A DNA stretch of 64,000 nucleotides from Eubacteriales bacterium. GTDB lineage: Bacteria; Bacillota; Clostridia; Oscillospirales; QAKW01. The stretch is from positions 22,387 to 86,386 of the forward strand of contig JAZQJA010000019.1 in the NCBI GenBank assembly GCA_045541455.1, written 5' to 3'. Positions 1-9,179 of the stretch are shown here, piece after piece. The notes below the pieces were generated by a model that was not told the DNA's origin, did no database searches, and was given only the letters and a program-made list of their open reading frames with translations. Position 1 is the stretch's first letter, and each line of letters opens with the position of its first letter. The position numbers were made by a program, and so were the translations under genes.

Positions 1-208
1 AAAAAACGCAACATTTGTTACTCTATTAAACATATATAGGTGAAAAAGACCCGAATGATTAAAATAATTTACCGCTTTTGCCGCGGCGTGAAAGGAGGGT
101 AGGCTTTGGTTTGTTGGTTTTGCAACAAAATACAGTATGCGGCTTGTGCATAGTTTACAAAATTCGTAAAAACGGTTTGTTAAATTTTAAAAATTGTTCA
201 TATATCGG

Positions 209-238
209 TTGACAAACGGCCGATAAGTTATGTATAAT
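209..238 (+). promoter_or_regulatory. sigma-A promoter of first solute-binding lipoprotein gene
   Basis: TTGACA 209-214, 18-bp spacer, TATAAT 233-238; inverted repeat TATCGG/CCGATA (203-208/220-225) brackets the -35. Confidence 0.75.
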
Positions 239-284
239 TGATTAACAATATATTTAATATATTAATAAAAAAGGAGAAATTGTT

Positions 285-2117
285 ATGAGAAAAATCAGTA
301 AGTATCTTGCAATGCTGCTTATCGTTCTCATGCTTGTCACTCTTTCAACATCATGTAAAAAAACTGATGAAGAAGACGGCGCTGCTACAAGCGACGAAAC
401 AGGCTTAGATGTAGAAGGCGGCGACACCACAGGCGGCGACGATACAACTGGCGGCAACGGCACAACCGGTGGCGACAAACCAACCGGCGGCGACTAAAAG
501 CCCAACGGTAACGGCGGCACATCTGGTGGCAACAAAACCCCCAGCAGTGTAAACCCGTCAGGTGGCGAAGAAATTGAAAAAGATGGCTTTACCACTAATG
601 AACAGGGCGACATCATCAATTCAAATACCGAAATCGAAGTAGATGAAGACGGTGTTATCAAAGCTCCTGTTGACAACAACAACCCCTTTATTCCTGATGA
701 AGAACAGGGCCTTGAAAAGTCAGACAGATTTGCTACTGAAAACTCAAAGTACAACTTTGACCAAAACCCGCTCATCAACCGTGACAGACACGCAAACGAT
801 AAGACAATGCCGTCTTTCGAATTAAACGACACAGGTTTCGTTCGTTCGGGTACTAAAATTTCAGACCTTAAAGGTAAAACACTTGTATTCTTTACAGCAG
901 ATAACTTTGACCCGTGGTCATACCGCAATGCTAAGGGCGAAACCGTTGGTGAACGCGCTTGGTTTGCAGAACTCAAAAAGACAATCGGTCTTAACGTTAA
1001 ATACCTCGAATCATCAAACTTAACATCAGCTAAAAAGCCTTTGGAGTACATGAACGCAGGTAAACAGTGTGATATTATTTACACCGCTCACGTTGCATGG
1101 CCTATGTCAATTTGTATCACTCGTTCAATCACAAGCTTCATTGCTATTAACAACGTTGGTTCATCACCAGGCGTATGTAAAAAGACAATGGATATCACCA
1201 AATGGGGTAACACTCTTCGTGCTATCGCTCCTATCGGTCTTGTTGACGTTTTATGGTACAACCAGACACTCGCTCAGCAGCTCAGCTTACCCGATCCTCA
1301 CGTAATGTGGGAGCAGGGCAAATGGAACTGGGATACATTTAAACAGTTCTTGCTTCAGGCTCCTAAGACCACTCAGGACGGTAAAACACTTACAGCATTT
1401 ACTCACTGGGGTTCAGATATCGGTTATACATTCTCTTCAACAAACGGTAAAGAGAGAATTAAAATCGATGCAGATGCTCCAACTCCTCAGCTTATAAGCA
1501 ACTGGTCAGATCCGCTTGTTATGGAAGCTACAGAGTTCTTCTGCGAACTTGCTTCACAGATTAAATACGGTAAATCTTCAGAAACAACTCCTGGTAACCA
1601 GCCTGAACACAACGGTCTTTACGAAGGCACAACTCTTATGTCCGGTACAATGTATACTCAGGTTTACAGAGATACAGAGTATTCAAAGAACGTTCAGATT
1701 AACTGGGTACCTTATCCAAAATCAACAAACGCAACAGGTAAAGACATTGCAAACTTCGATGGCTTTTCAATGATGCTTCCCAGAAAGACTATTAAAGAAG
1801 ATAACGTAGACATCGCACTTAAGTTCATGGAACTTTGGGCAACAAGATTTACAGAATCAATCTTTGATAACCTTCATACTTGGGAATACTACAACTTCAA
1901 CTATGTACAGAGAAAACAGTACTTTGACTTTGTTACAAAGAATACTGTATTCTCACTTGCTATGAACGACTTCCACGGTTCAGATATCAAAGACGATATC
2001 AACAACTATATGCGTTGCTGGACCGGTGATAGCACTTATAATGTTAAGACTGAGGCAACCAAGGTTGCAAACGGTGTTACTAACTTTATTTTTGAGTCAA
2101 TGAAGTTCGGTCAGTAA
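285..2117 (+). pseudogene. extracellular solute-binding lipoprotein, copy 1, interrupted by one in-frame TAA (495-497)
   Basis: SD AAGGAG, lipobox LSTSC; ORFs 285-497 and 807-2117 are in the same frame and the read-through (KPNGNGG...PSSVNPSGGEEIEKDG) aligns with intact paralog 2244-4028; ABC SBP-like segments WYNQTL, GKWNWDTF, WVPYP. Confidence 0.8.
418..530 (+). repeat. imperfect ~18-nt coding repeats (GGxxTT linker)
   Basis: GGDTT-GGDDTT-GGNGTT-GGDKPT-GG; equivalent tract at ~2391-2466 in copy 2. Confidence 0.7.
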
Positions 2118-2131
2118 AATAAATTTATAAT

Positions 2132-2160
2132 AAAAAAGCAGCCTTTTGGCTGCTTTTTTT
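2132..2160 (+). terminator. intrinsic terminator
   Basis: AAAAAAGCAGCC-TTTT-GGCTGCTTTTTTT. Confidence 0.9.
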
Positions 2161-2185
2161 ATGCTTTAAATATTAAAATGGCAGA

Positions 2186-2214
2186 TTGACATAACGATTT
2201 ACTCTTAGTATAAT
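2186..2214 (+). promoter_or_regulatory. sigma-A promoter of copy 2
   Basis: TTGACA-17 bp-TATAAT. Confidence 0.85.
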
Positions 2215-2243
2215 GTATATATTAATGAAAAGGAGAAAATGTT

Positions 2244-4028
2244 ATGAGAAAAATCAGTAAGTATCTTTCAACGCTGCTTATCGTTCTCATGCTTGTCACT
2301 CTTTTGTCATCATGTAAAAAGACTGATGAAGAAGATGGTGCTGCTTCAAGCGATGTAAATTCGACAGTAGAAGGGGAAAACTCTACTAGTGGCAATGACA
2401 CTACAGGCGGTAACGGCACAACCGGCGGTGACAAAACAACCGGCGGCAACGGCACAACCGGCGGCAATAAAAATCCCAGCAGTGTAAACCCGTCAGGTGG
2501 CGAAGAAATTGAAAAAGATGGCTTTACCACTAATGAACAGGGCGACATCATCAATTCAAATACCGAAATCGAAGTAGACGAAGACGGTGTTATCAAAGCT
2601 CCTGTTGACAACAACAATCCCTTTATTCCTGATGAAGAACAGGGCCTTGAAAAGTCAGAACGTCGTGCTACCGAAGCATCTAAATACAGTTTTGATGAAA
2701 ACCCGCTTATTAACCGCGACAGAAATGCAAATACTAAATCAATGCCCTCTTTTGAGATTGACGAAACGGGTTTCGTTCGTTCGGGCACTAAAATTTCCGA
2801 CCTTAAAGGTAAAACACTGGTATTCTATACAGCGGATAACTATGATGTATGGTCTTATCGTAATGATAAGGGTGAAACAATAGGCGAGAGAGCATGGTAT
2901 CAGTCGTTAAAAAAGGATATTGGTCTTAATATAAAATACATAGAGGCTACAAATACTGGATCAATTAAAGGCGCACTACAGTATATGAATGCAGGTAAAC
3001 AATGCGATATAATATATAATGCTCATGTTGCATGGCCTATGTGTATTTGTATAACACGTTCTATTACAAGTTTTGTTAACATAAACAACCTTGGTTCGTC
3101 ACCCGGTGTATGTAAAAAGACTATGGATGTTTGTAAGTGGGGTAATACACTCCGCCTTATCGCTCCTATCGGTCTTGTTGACGTTTTATGGTACAACCAG
3201 ACACTTGCTCAGCAGTTAAGTATGCCAGACCCCCATGTTATGTGGGAGCAGGGCAAATGGAATTGGGATACATTTAAACAGTTTTTACTTTCTGCACCAA
3301 AAACAACGCAGGACGGCAAACAATTGTACTCGTTTGTTCATTGGGGTAACGACCTTCGTTACACATTCCCTACAACAAACGGTAAAGAATGTATAAAAAT
3401 TGATGCCAACGCGCCGGAACCTGCACTTGTAAACAACTGGGACGACCCGCTTGTTGTTGAAGCGTGGGAATTTATCTGCGGAATTTTAATAAGCATTAAT
3501 AACGGTAATAGGGCAGAACAGTACCGTGCATTGTTTGAGGGCTCAACTCTTATGACCGGTACAATGTATAGCCAACGTTATTATGACACCGAATATTCAA
3601 AGAATGTTCAAATTAACTGGGTGCCTTATCCAAAATCAACCGCGTCAACCGGTAAAGACATTTGTCAGTACGAAGGTATTGGTATGATGCTGCCGCGTAA
3701 AACCATTAAGGAAGACAATGTAGATATAGCACTTAAGTTTATGGAACTGTGGGCAACACGCTTTACCGAAACTATTTTTGACAATCTTCACACCTTTGAA
3801 TACTTTAGTTTTAACTATGTTCAAAGAAAACAGTACTTTGATTTTGTTACAAAGAATACTGTATTTTCACTTGCTATGAACGATTTCCAAGGCTCAACTA
3901 TAAATACCGATACAAGTATATATCTTTGCTTCCAGGGTGATCCCGCTTTTAATGTAAAGACAGAAGCAGCAAAGGCATCTAACCTTGTTAAAACTTATAT
4001 ATATGAGTCGCTTAAATACGGTCAATAA
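2244..4028 (+). CDS. extracellular solute-binding lipoprotein, copy 2 (intact)
   Basis: 594 aa, lipobox LLSSC, G/T-rich linker, SBP-like C-terminal domain; paralog of 285-2117. Confidence 0.8.
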   Translation: MRKISKYLSTLLIVLMLVTLLSSCKKTDEEDGAASSDVNSTVEGENSTSGNDTTGGNGTTGGDKTTGGNGTTGGNKNPSSVNPSGGEEIEKDGFTTNEQGDIINSNTEIEVDEDGVIKAPVDNNNPFIPDEEQGLEKSERRATEASKYSFDENPLINRDRNANTKSMPSFEIDETGFVRSGTKISDLKGKTLVFYTADNYDVWSYRNDKGETIGERAWYQSLKKDIGLNIKYIEATNTGSIKGALQYMNAGKQCDIIYNAHVAWPMCICITRSITSFVNINNLGSSPGVCKKTMDVCKWGNTLRLIAPIGLVDVLWYNQTLAQQLSMPDPHVMWEQGKWNWDTFKQFLLSAPKTTQDGKQLYSFVHWGNDLRYTFPTTNGKECIKIDANAPEPALVNNWDDPLVVEAWEFICGILISINNGNRAEQYRALFEGSTLMTGTMYSQRYYDTEYSKNVQINWVPYPKSTASTGKDICQYEGIGMMLPRKTIKEDNVDIALKFMELWATRFTETIFDNLHTFEYFSFNYVQRKQYFDFVTKNTVFSLAMNDFQGSTINTDTSIYLCFQGDPAFNVKTEAAKASNLVKTYIYESLKYGQ

Positions 4029-4060
4029 AGTAATTAAATATTTTGGGGGACTCTTTTAAA

Positions 4061-4768
4061 ATGAAAGGTTTTGTTTTTGACCTTGATAACACTCTTTTTG
4101 ACAGATACGCAACTATTACAAAAATTATCGAATTGAATTTTGATAAAATCCGCGCTCACATAAACCCTTCGTACGATGCACAAAAATGTGCGCGTCATCT
4201 GTGCGATATTGAACGGTTGTATATTCATTCTTACGGCTGGGTAGGTATTTTCGAAGCGCTGTGTAAAACACACTTTTTTAATATTGATAATATACCCGAT
4301 ATGCAGCGCTCATTTGCGTTTTTCGTTGACAACTTTGCAAAAACAGCAGTTGCCTATCCTTATACACGCGATGTACTTACAGCAATACGTAATAAAGGCT
4401 ATAAAACCGCCATGATAACAAACGGGCACGAGCAACTTCAAAACGGTAAAATTGCACTTATCGGTATAGCAGACCTTTTTGATTTAATTCTGCCGTCTGA
4501 TACTTACGCAAAACTTGCAGGCTTTGAAGACGCTAAAGAATGTCAAAAGCCTAATACGTATATGTTTGACTATGTTGCAAAACAACTCGGTGTGTGTGCA
4601 AGCGAACTGTACTATGTCGGTGACAGCCCGCCAAACGATGCTGTAGCGTCTGCAAAAGCGGGGTATGTTCCTGTTTGGATTCGTTCGCAAAGCCCGTGGA
4701 GTGAGGAAAACGAATTTATCCCAAAACTCTGTTATGACACAATCGAAGGTCTTTACGAACTGATATAA
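4061..4768 (+). CDS. HAD-superfamily hydrolase
   Basis: FDLDNTL motif I, ITNG motif II, KP...YVGDSPPND motifs III/IV; ATG 4061 after GGGGGA. Confidence 0.85.
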   Translation: MKGFVFDLDNTLFDRYATITKIIELNFDKIRAHINPSYDAQKCARHLCDIERLYIHSYGWVGIFEALCKTHFFNIDNIPDMQRSFAFFVDNFAKTAVAYPYTRDVLTAIRNKGYKTAMITNGHEQLQNGKIALIGIADLFDLILPSDTYAKLAGFEDAKECQKPNTYMFDYVAKQLGVCASELYYVGDSPPNDAVASAKAGYVPVWIRSQSPWSEENEFIPKLCYDTIEGLYELI

Positions 4769-4879
4769 AAAAACACTGTAGAAACTTTGGTTTCTACAGT
4801 GTTTTTTTACATTATAACGGGAGTTATCTGCTTGCCGTTTAGTGCCTCTGTTATTGTTTTATCAAGCATTGTCATATCG
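4766..4879. repeat. direct repeat copy A: bidirectional terminator + 3' 73 nt of dpaB
   Basis: matches 7667-7779 except one T in a T-run and one substitution. Confidence 0.95.
4767..4808. terminator. bidirectional terminator
   Basis: AAAAAAACACTGTAGAAAC-TTTG-GTTTCTACAGTGTTTTTTT. Confidence 0.9.
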
Positions 4880-4918
4880 AAATAACTTTGAATTTAGAAA
4901 TAAACTGCACAAAAAATA

Positions 4919-4947
4919 TTGACACTTATAACAATTTTTGGTATAAT
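4919..4947 (+). promoter_or_regulatory. sigma-A promoter with extended -10
   Basis: TTGACA-17 bp-TATAAT, TG at 4939-4940. Confidence 0.85.
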
Positions 4948-4979
4948 ATAAATGAAATAACAATTAGGAGGTAATACCA

Positions 4980-4994
4980 ATGAGCAGTAAATGA
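4980..4994 (+). other. 4-codon upstream mini-ORF (MSSK*)
   Basis: AGGAGGT SD directly upstream of ATG AGC AGT AAA TGA. Confidence 0.45.
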
Positions 4995-5126
4995 TTTAAG
5001 GCATAGATTATAAATAGAACTTAATAATCATTGCCTTTTTTGACTGATGACAAACACACAGGTTTCGTTTGCTATGCTGTATCTTTTGCAGATGAAACAA
5101 AGAAAGCGAAAGGTTGATGAGTTATT

Positions 5127-6722
5127 ATGAAACTAAAACGATTGTTTACAGGTATTATATGTATCTGTATTGTTCTTACTTCATTTTCCGGTATAACAGT
5201 TACTACTAAAGCTGCAACAGTTGACGGTGTAACTAATAAATATACTTATGTTAGAATGGCTCCCTATTGGACAGCTTCAGTTGTAGATAATATGGCAGGT
5301 GGGGTGGCTATAACAATAATTGAACGTGATTATAATTACTTATATGTTCAGTATAACAAAGATGGAATAACAAAGCGCGGTTATATACCTATAGCAGACA
5401 CTAGTAATACAGGTTATTCATGGTGTAACCATACATATTTTATACCTGGAAATTGCTATAACACTGTTACTGTTTATTATGGTCCCGGTAGTACATATTC
5501 TTCCTGCGGAACAATTTATTCAGGGGAATTCCCTCTCCTTGTATTAGAAAAAGAATCGGGATATTACTATGTTCAATATGTAACTAATCCAACAGCAACC
5601 GGATCTACTCAACCGCTGTATAAAAGGGGCTGGGTTAATGCGTCTTATATAACATTAAGGTTATCAACAAAACCCAGCTATTTTTCAACAGATTCTTCAC
5701 AATATACTTTAATTCGAAGCCCATATGGAAGTTATTTAACAGCAGTTGCAGATTCATCTCAAGAAAGCGGGTATGCTCTTGGTTTAACAACAGGAACAGG
5801 AGATCCTAATCAACAATGGATTGTATATAAATATAATTATTCCAATGCCATATATTATAAAATTAAATCTGTTTCCACTGGGCTGTTTATTCAGGTGCAA
5901 GATGTAATTCCGTTAATTGATAAACAACTAATATTAACAACTGAATCATCTCCCAACAAAGCACAGGAATTTGAAATTAAATTTTTGAATACAATTGATT
6001 CGAATAACGGAGCTTTTGAATTTGGATATAAATCAATGATATTACCTAGAAGTAGCGGCGATTTTTTGGCAGCTCAAGAATATGGAACAACAATTCGACA
6101 ATACCGAGCTAATAGTTCATATCAAAATCAATGGTTTTATTTTGATCCTATTGATAATATGTGGGACGGTAAATATTCATCGGGAAGAACAAATTTAACT
6201 TATTATATAGACCCATCTGTATTGGTTGGTAGAATTAGAGTATATGAAATTGAAAGTGCCGCTAATTCGTGGAATGGTATTAGTAATGTGAGTTTAACGC
6301 GTGTGTTCAGTTCTGCCGGTGCGGATATAGTGCTAAAAGGGACTGATAGTATTAATAACATAGAAAAATTGGCAGGATTGTGTTCTCCTATAGTGGAATC
6401 GACAACAGATGCTAATAATTCTAATTGGTATGGAGTTGTCCTGTATATAAATACTTATGTCGATAGTGAAGGATATATAGCTGATGGAAAACATACTGAT
6501 TCAGTCATTAAATTAAAAAACATTCAAAAAACTATTGCTCATGAATTTGGTCATGCTATAAAACTTAGGCATCATCACGAAGATTCGAATCCCAATGATA
6601 ACTATCAATATGCATATATTAAATCAATAATGAATCAAGGTCTTCATAGTGACGAAACAACTAATAGACCCATAAGTCCAAGCCAATTTGACCAAAGAGC
6701 GTTAAAACTTAAATGGGATTAA
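5127..6722 (+). CDS. secreted metzincin (matrixin-like) Zn protease with two SH3b-like domains and a ricin-type lectin-like region
   Basis: signal peptide; SH3b-like segments ending KRGYI and KRGWV; NQQW/NQWF; HEFGHAIKLRH (HExxHxxxxxH) and Met-turn SIMN. Confidence 0.8.
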   Translation: MKLKRLFTGIICICIVLTSFSGITVTTKAATVDGVTNKYTYVRMAPYWTASVVDNMAGGVAITIIERDYNYLYVQYNKDGITKRGYIPIADTSNTGYSWCNHTYFIPGNCYNTVTVYYGPGSTYSSCGTIYSGEFPLLVLEKESGYYYVQYVTNPTATGSTQPLYKRGWVNASYITLRLSTKPSYFSTDSSQYTLIRSPYGSYLTAVADSSQESGYALGLTTGTGDPNQQWIVYKYNYSNAIYYKIKSVSTGLFIQVQDVIPLIDKQLILTTESSPNKAQEFEIKFLNTIDSNNGAFEFGYKSMILPRSSGDFLAAQEYGTTIRQYRANSSYQNQWFYFDPIDNMWDGKYSSGRTNLTYYIDPSVLVGRIRVYEIESAANSWNGISNVSLTRVFSSAGADIVLKGTDSINNIEKLAGLCSPIVESTTDANNSNWYGVVLYINTYVDSEGYIADGKHTDSVIKLKNIQKTIAHEFGHAIKLRHHHEDSNPNDNYQYAYIKSIMNQGLHSDETTNRPISPSQFDQRALKLKWD

Positions 6723-6749
6723 ATATTTAGAGAGTAGAGGTGTCATAAT

Positions 6750-7637
6750 ATGAAAAAGAAATTACATTTGATAATAATTTTATTGATATTTACTTTATGC
6801 TCTTGTTCAAATACAAAAGAAAATCCTGCTCTTTATCAAAAACTTAAGGAGCTATATCCAGATGCTCAAATATCTAGTGACGGAGGTTATTATAATATAA
6901 TTGAAAATGTTTCTATTGAAGGACTTGAAAAAAATAAAATTGGCTCAGGAGATATGATAGTATATTCTGACTTTGATTCATATGAAAAAGATTGTATTAT
7001 ACCTTCTAAAACTATAATATTTAAAGGCAAAAAAACTGATATATCAACTCAATATATAACTGTTTCTGCTGATACTGGTAATATCGAAGGATTACCTAGA
7101 ACAGAAATTAAAATAGAGGTTATTGAGTCTTATTACGGTGATGTAAAAGCTGGAGATTTTATAACTTATACCGACTTGTTTTATGTTACTACAAATGATA
7201 ATGGCGAAAGTATTATAAATTCATACGATGCAATAATTCCCGATGAAGGTGAACTTATATATATTTTAAATTTTAACAGTGATAAAAAAGTCTATTGGGT
7301 TTCCAATAATATGGTACCGCCTGTATCACTTGAACTGTATGAAAATGCTAAGCAACAGAATTTTATCTTGTCAAATATATATAAAAAATATATTTTAAGT
7401 AACGAGGCTGCGTCTGACAAAACGTCGCTTGCTGTAAAAGAACTTCAGTGGCAAAGAGAACTTGCTAGGCGTAAGGCTGAGGCAAATATGGAAGTTGAAA
7501 AAAACAAAAGAATTATTTCAAAGTGCGATAAAGTTTTGGCGCTTGAAAATCCAACACAAACTCAGCTTATGGAGGCTTTACCTGAAGCAGAACGGGAAAT
7601 TATTAACAGACTTGTAGAAAAATACAGCAAAAAATAA
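6750..7637 (+). CDS. lipoprotein of unknown function (family member 1)
   Basis: lipobox LCSC; paralog of 9180-10088 and 10111-11025. Confidence 0.8.
   Translation: MKKKLHLIIILLIFTLCSCSNTKENPALYQKLKELYPDAQISSDGGYYNIIENVSIEGLEKNKIGSGDMIVYSDFDSYEKDCIIPSKTIIFKGKKTDISTQYITVSADTGNIEGLPRTEIKIEVIESYYGDVKAGDFITYTDLFYVTTNDNGESIINSYDAIIPDEGELIYILNFNSDKKVYWVSNNMVPPVSLELYENAKQQNFILSNIYKKYILSNEAASDKTSLAVKELQWQRELARRKAEANMEVEKNKRIISKCDKVLALENPTQTQLMEALPEAEREIINRLVEKYSKK
7338..7634 (+). repeat. near-identical 3' block shared with 9789-10070
   Basis: only scattered substitutions and one short divergent/indel segment between copies. Confidence 0.9.
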
Positions 7638-7666
7638 AGTTCTAAATAAAAAGTAAGTAAAGAATG

Positions 7667-7779
7667 TAAAAAAACACTGTAGAAACTTTGGTTTCTACAG
7701 TGTTTTTTACATTATAACGGGAGTTATCTGCTTGCCGCTTAGTGCCTCTGTTATTGTTTTATCAAGCATTGTCATATCG
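7667..7779. repeat. direct repeat copy B (terminator + functional dpaB 3' end)
   Basis: matches 4766-4879. Confidence 0.95.
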
Positions 7780-8279
7780 GCAATGCAAGAGCGTTCTTTG
7801 TTTTGAGGGTCGTCTTGCGAAAAGGGTACAAAATAAATATTTTTACAGTTAAGCAACATACCGATGTTTTTAGCGCTGCAAGCAAGAGCGTCATTGGTTG
7901 ATACTGCAATAATGAGCGGTCTTGCATTTCTAAGGTGTGCTTTTGCCGCCATTGTAACGGCGGTGTCAGTAACACCAAGGCAAAGCTTTGCCAGCGTGTT
8001 TCCCGTGCAAGGCGCAATTACAAGCGCATCGCACATTCGTTTCGGGCCTATCGGCTCGGCATCTTTTACCGTGTGAATCACATCTTTTTTACAAGCACAT
8101 TTTGCCCTGTCAATAAAGTCTTTTGCTCTGCCAAACCGTGTGTCAGTTTCATAAGTGATTTGTGACATAATCGGCAGTATATCGTATTTTTCGCTCAGCC
8201 GTTCAAGTTCTCTCATTGCTTTGTCAAGCGTACAAAACGAGCCGCACATTGCAAAGCCAAGCCGTATTTTATTTTCCAT
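7707..8279 (-). CDS. dpaB: dipicolinate synthase subunit B
   Basis: GFAMCGSFCT, TDTRFG, AEPIGPK, APCTGNTLAKL, FVPFSQDDP. Confidence 0.95.
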   Translation of the reverse strand: MENKIRLGFAMCGSFCTLDKAMRELERLSEKYDILPIMSQITYETDTRFGRAKDFIDRAKCACKKDVIHTVKDAEPIGPKRMCDALVIAPCTGNTLAKLCLGVTDTAVTMAAKAHLRNARPLIIAVSTNDALACSAKNIGMLLNCKNIYFVPFSQDDPQNKERSCIADMTMLDKTITEALSGKQITPVIM

Positions 8280-8280
8280 T

Positions 8281-9000
8281 TCACACCTCCGAAAGCCGTA
8301 GGAGAATGGTGCGTTTTAGTATCTCTCCTGCACTTTTTGGTGCAACTTTGCCCGGCAGCCCCAGTGCTGTAATAGTGCTTATGCCGTAACGCTCGGCACT
8401 GTCAATGTCTACACTTCCGGGGCGTGAGGCAAGGTCAATAATAAGCGTGCTTTTATCAAGCGTTTTTATAACGCTGTCGGTGATTACAAGGTGAGGTACC
8501 GTTGAAAATATAATATCACTTTTAATATTTTCAAGCTTTTCAAAACCAAACGCTAAGGCGCCGCGGTTTTCCGCCTCTGCTTGTGACTCTTCGCGCCGTG
8601 CAATAACCGTTACGTTTGCACCCAAAGCTATCAGCCTGTCAGAGAGTACTTTTCCAATGTTACCGTAACCGACCACCGTAACACAACTTCCGCTTATTGT
8701 ATAGTCGGTGTTTTGCATGGCAATAGCCAGCGCGCCCTCTGCAGTGGGAAGTGCATTTCGCGCTTTGAAATATGCGCTGTTTGCATAATTTATACAACCG
8801 TCACAGTCCATACTGCAAAATACTGTTTTGCCGCACATATCTTCTGTCGGTTTCATACCTATCGGCAGTATTATAATGTCACAGTTTTTAGCGCAGCTGC
8901 CAATATCGTCATACATTTTTGTGCAGTAGCCGTCGTTTTCAAGCGCTTGGTTTAAATATTCCATTCGTTTGTCACCTTTAATAACCCCAAACCGATACAT
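8281..9000 (-). CDS. dpaA: dipicolinate synthase subunit A (short form)
   Basis: NALPTAEGA, VGYGNIG, IDLASRPG, ALGLPGKVAPKSAG; adjacent to dpaB. Confidence 0.9.
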   Translation of the reverse strand: MYRFGVIKGDKRMEYLNQALENDGYCTKMYDDIGSCAKNCDIIILPIGMKPTEDMCGKTVFCSMDCDGCINYANSAYFKARNALPTAEGALAIAMQNTDYTISGSCVTVVGYGNIGKVLSDRLIALGANVTVIARREESQAEAENRGALAFGFEKLENIKSDIIFSTVPHLVITDSVIKTLDKSTLIIDLASRPGSVDIDSAERYGISTITALGLPGKVAPKSAGEILKRTILLRLSEV

Positions 9001-9086
9001 AAAGCACTATTCTCCTTTCTGTATATACTATTCAAAACCTCTTGTTTGGGTGAAACTTTAATGACTGTTGAATTATATAGGAAACA

Positions 9087-9115
9087 TTTACTTTTATAAT
9101 GGTTTATAGTATAAT
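9087..9115 (+). promoter_or_regulatory. putative sigma-A promoter for orphan lipoproteins
   Basis: TTTACT-17 bp-TATAAT. Confidence 0.55.
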
Positions 9116-9179
9116 ATAAATAGGGAAAGTTCTTTAACAATTGTCGCCTTTTAATTAAAAAATGAAAGGAGAATTTGTA

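Larger units (their letters stand above)
4880..7779. mobile_element. integrase-less mini-island at the dpaB 3' end (protease + lipoprotein)
   Basis: bounded by 113/114-bp direct repeats; visibly AT-richer than flanks; no mobility gene inside. Confidence 0.65.

Noticed and set aside
1-200. Possible riboswitch/ncRNA at window start
   Set aside because: Only a short TTTGTTG/CAACAAA hairpin; no recognisable family motif and upstream context is missing
495-497. Stop-codon reassignment or programmed readthrough
   Set aside because: TAA terminates many conserved genes here (rpmH, mnmE, glyQS); one case does not support recoding
494-2788. Paired antisense ORFs 494-1051 and 2222-2788
   Set aside because: Shadows of the duplicated lipoprotein genes; their similarity follows from the sense-strand duplication
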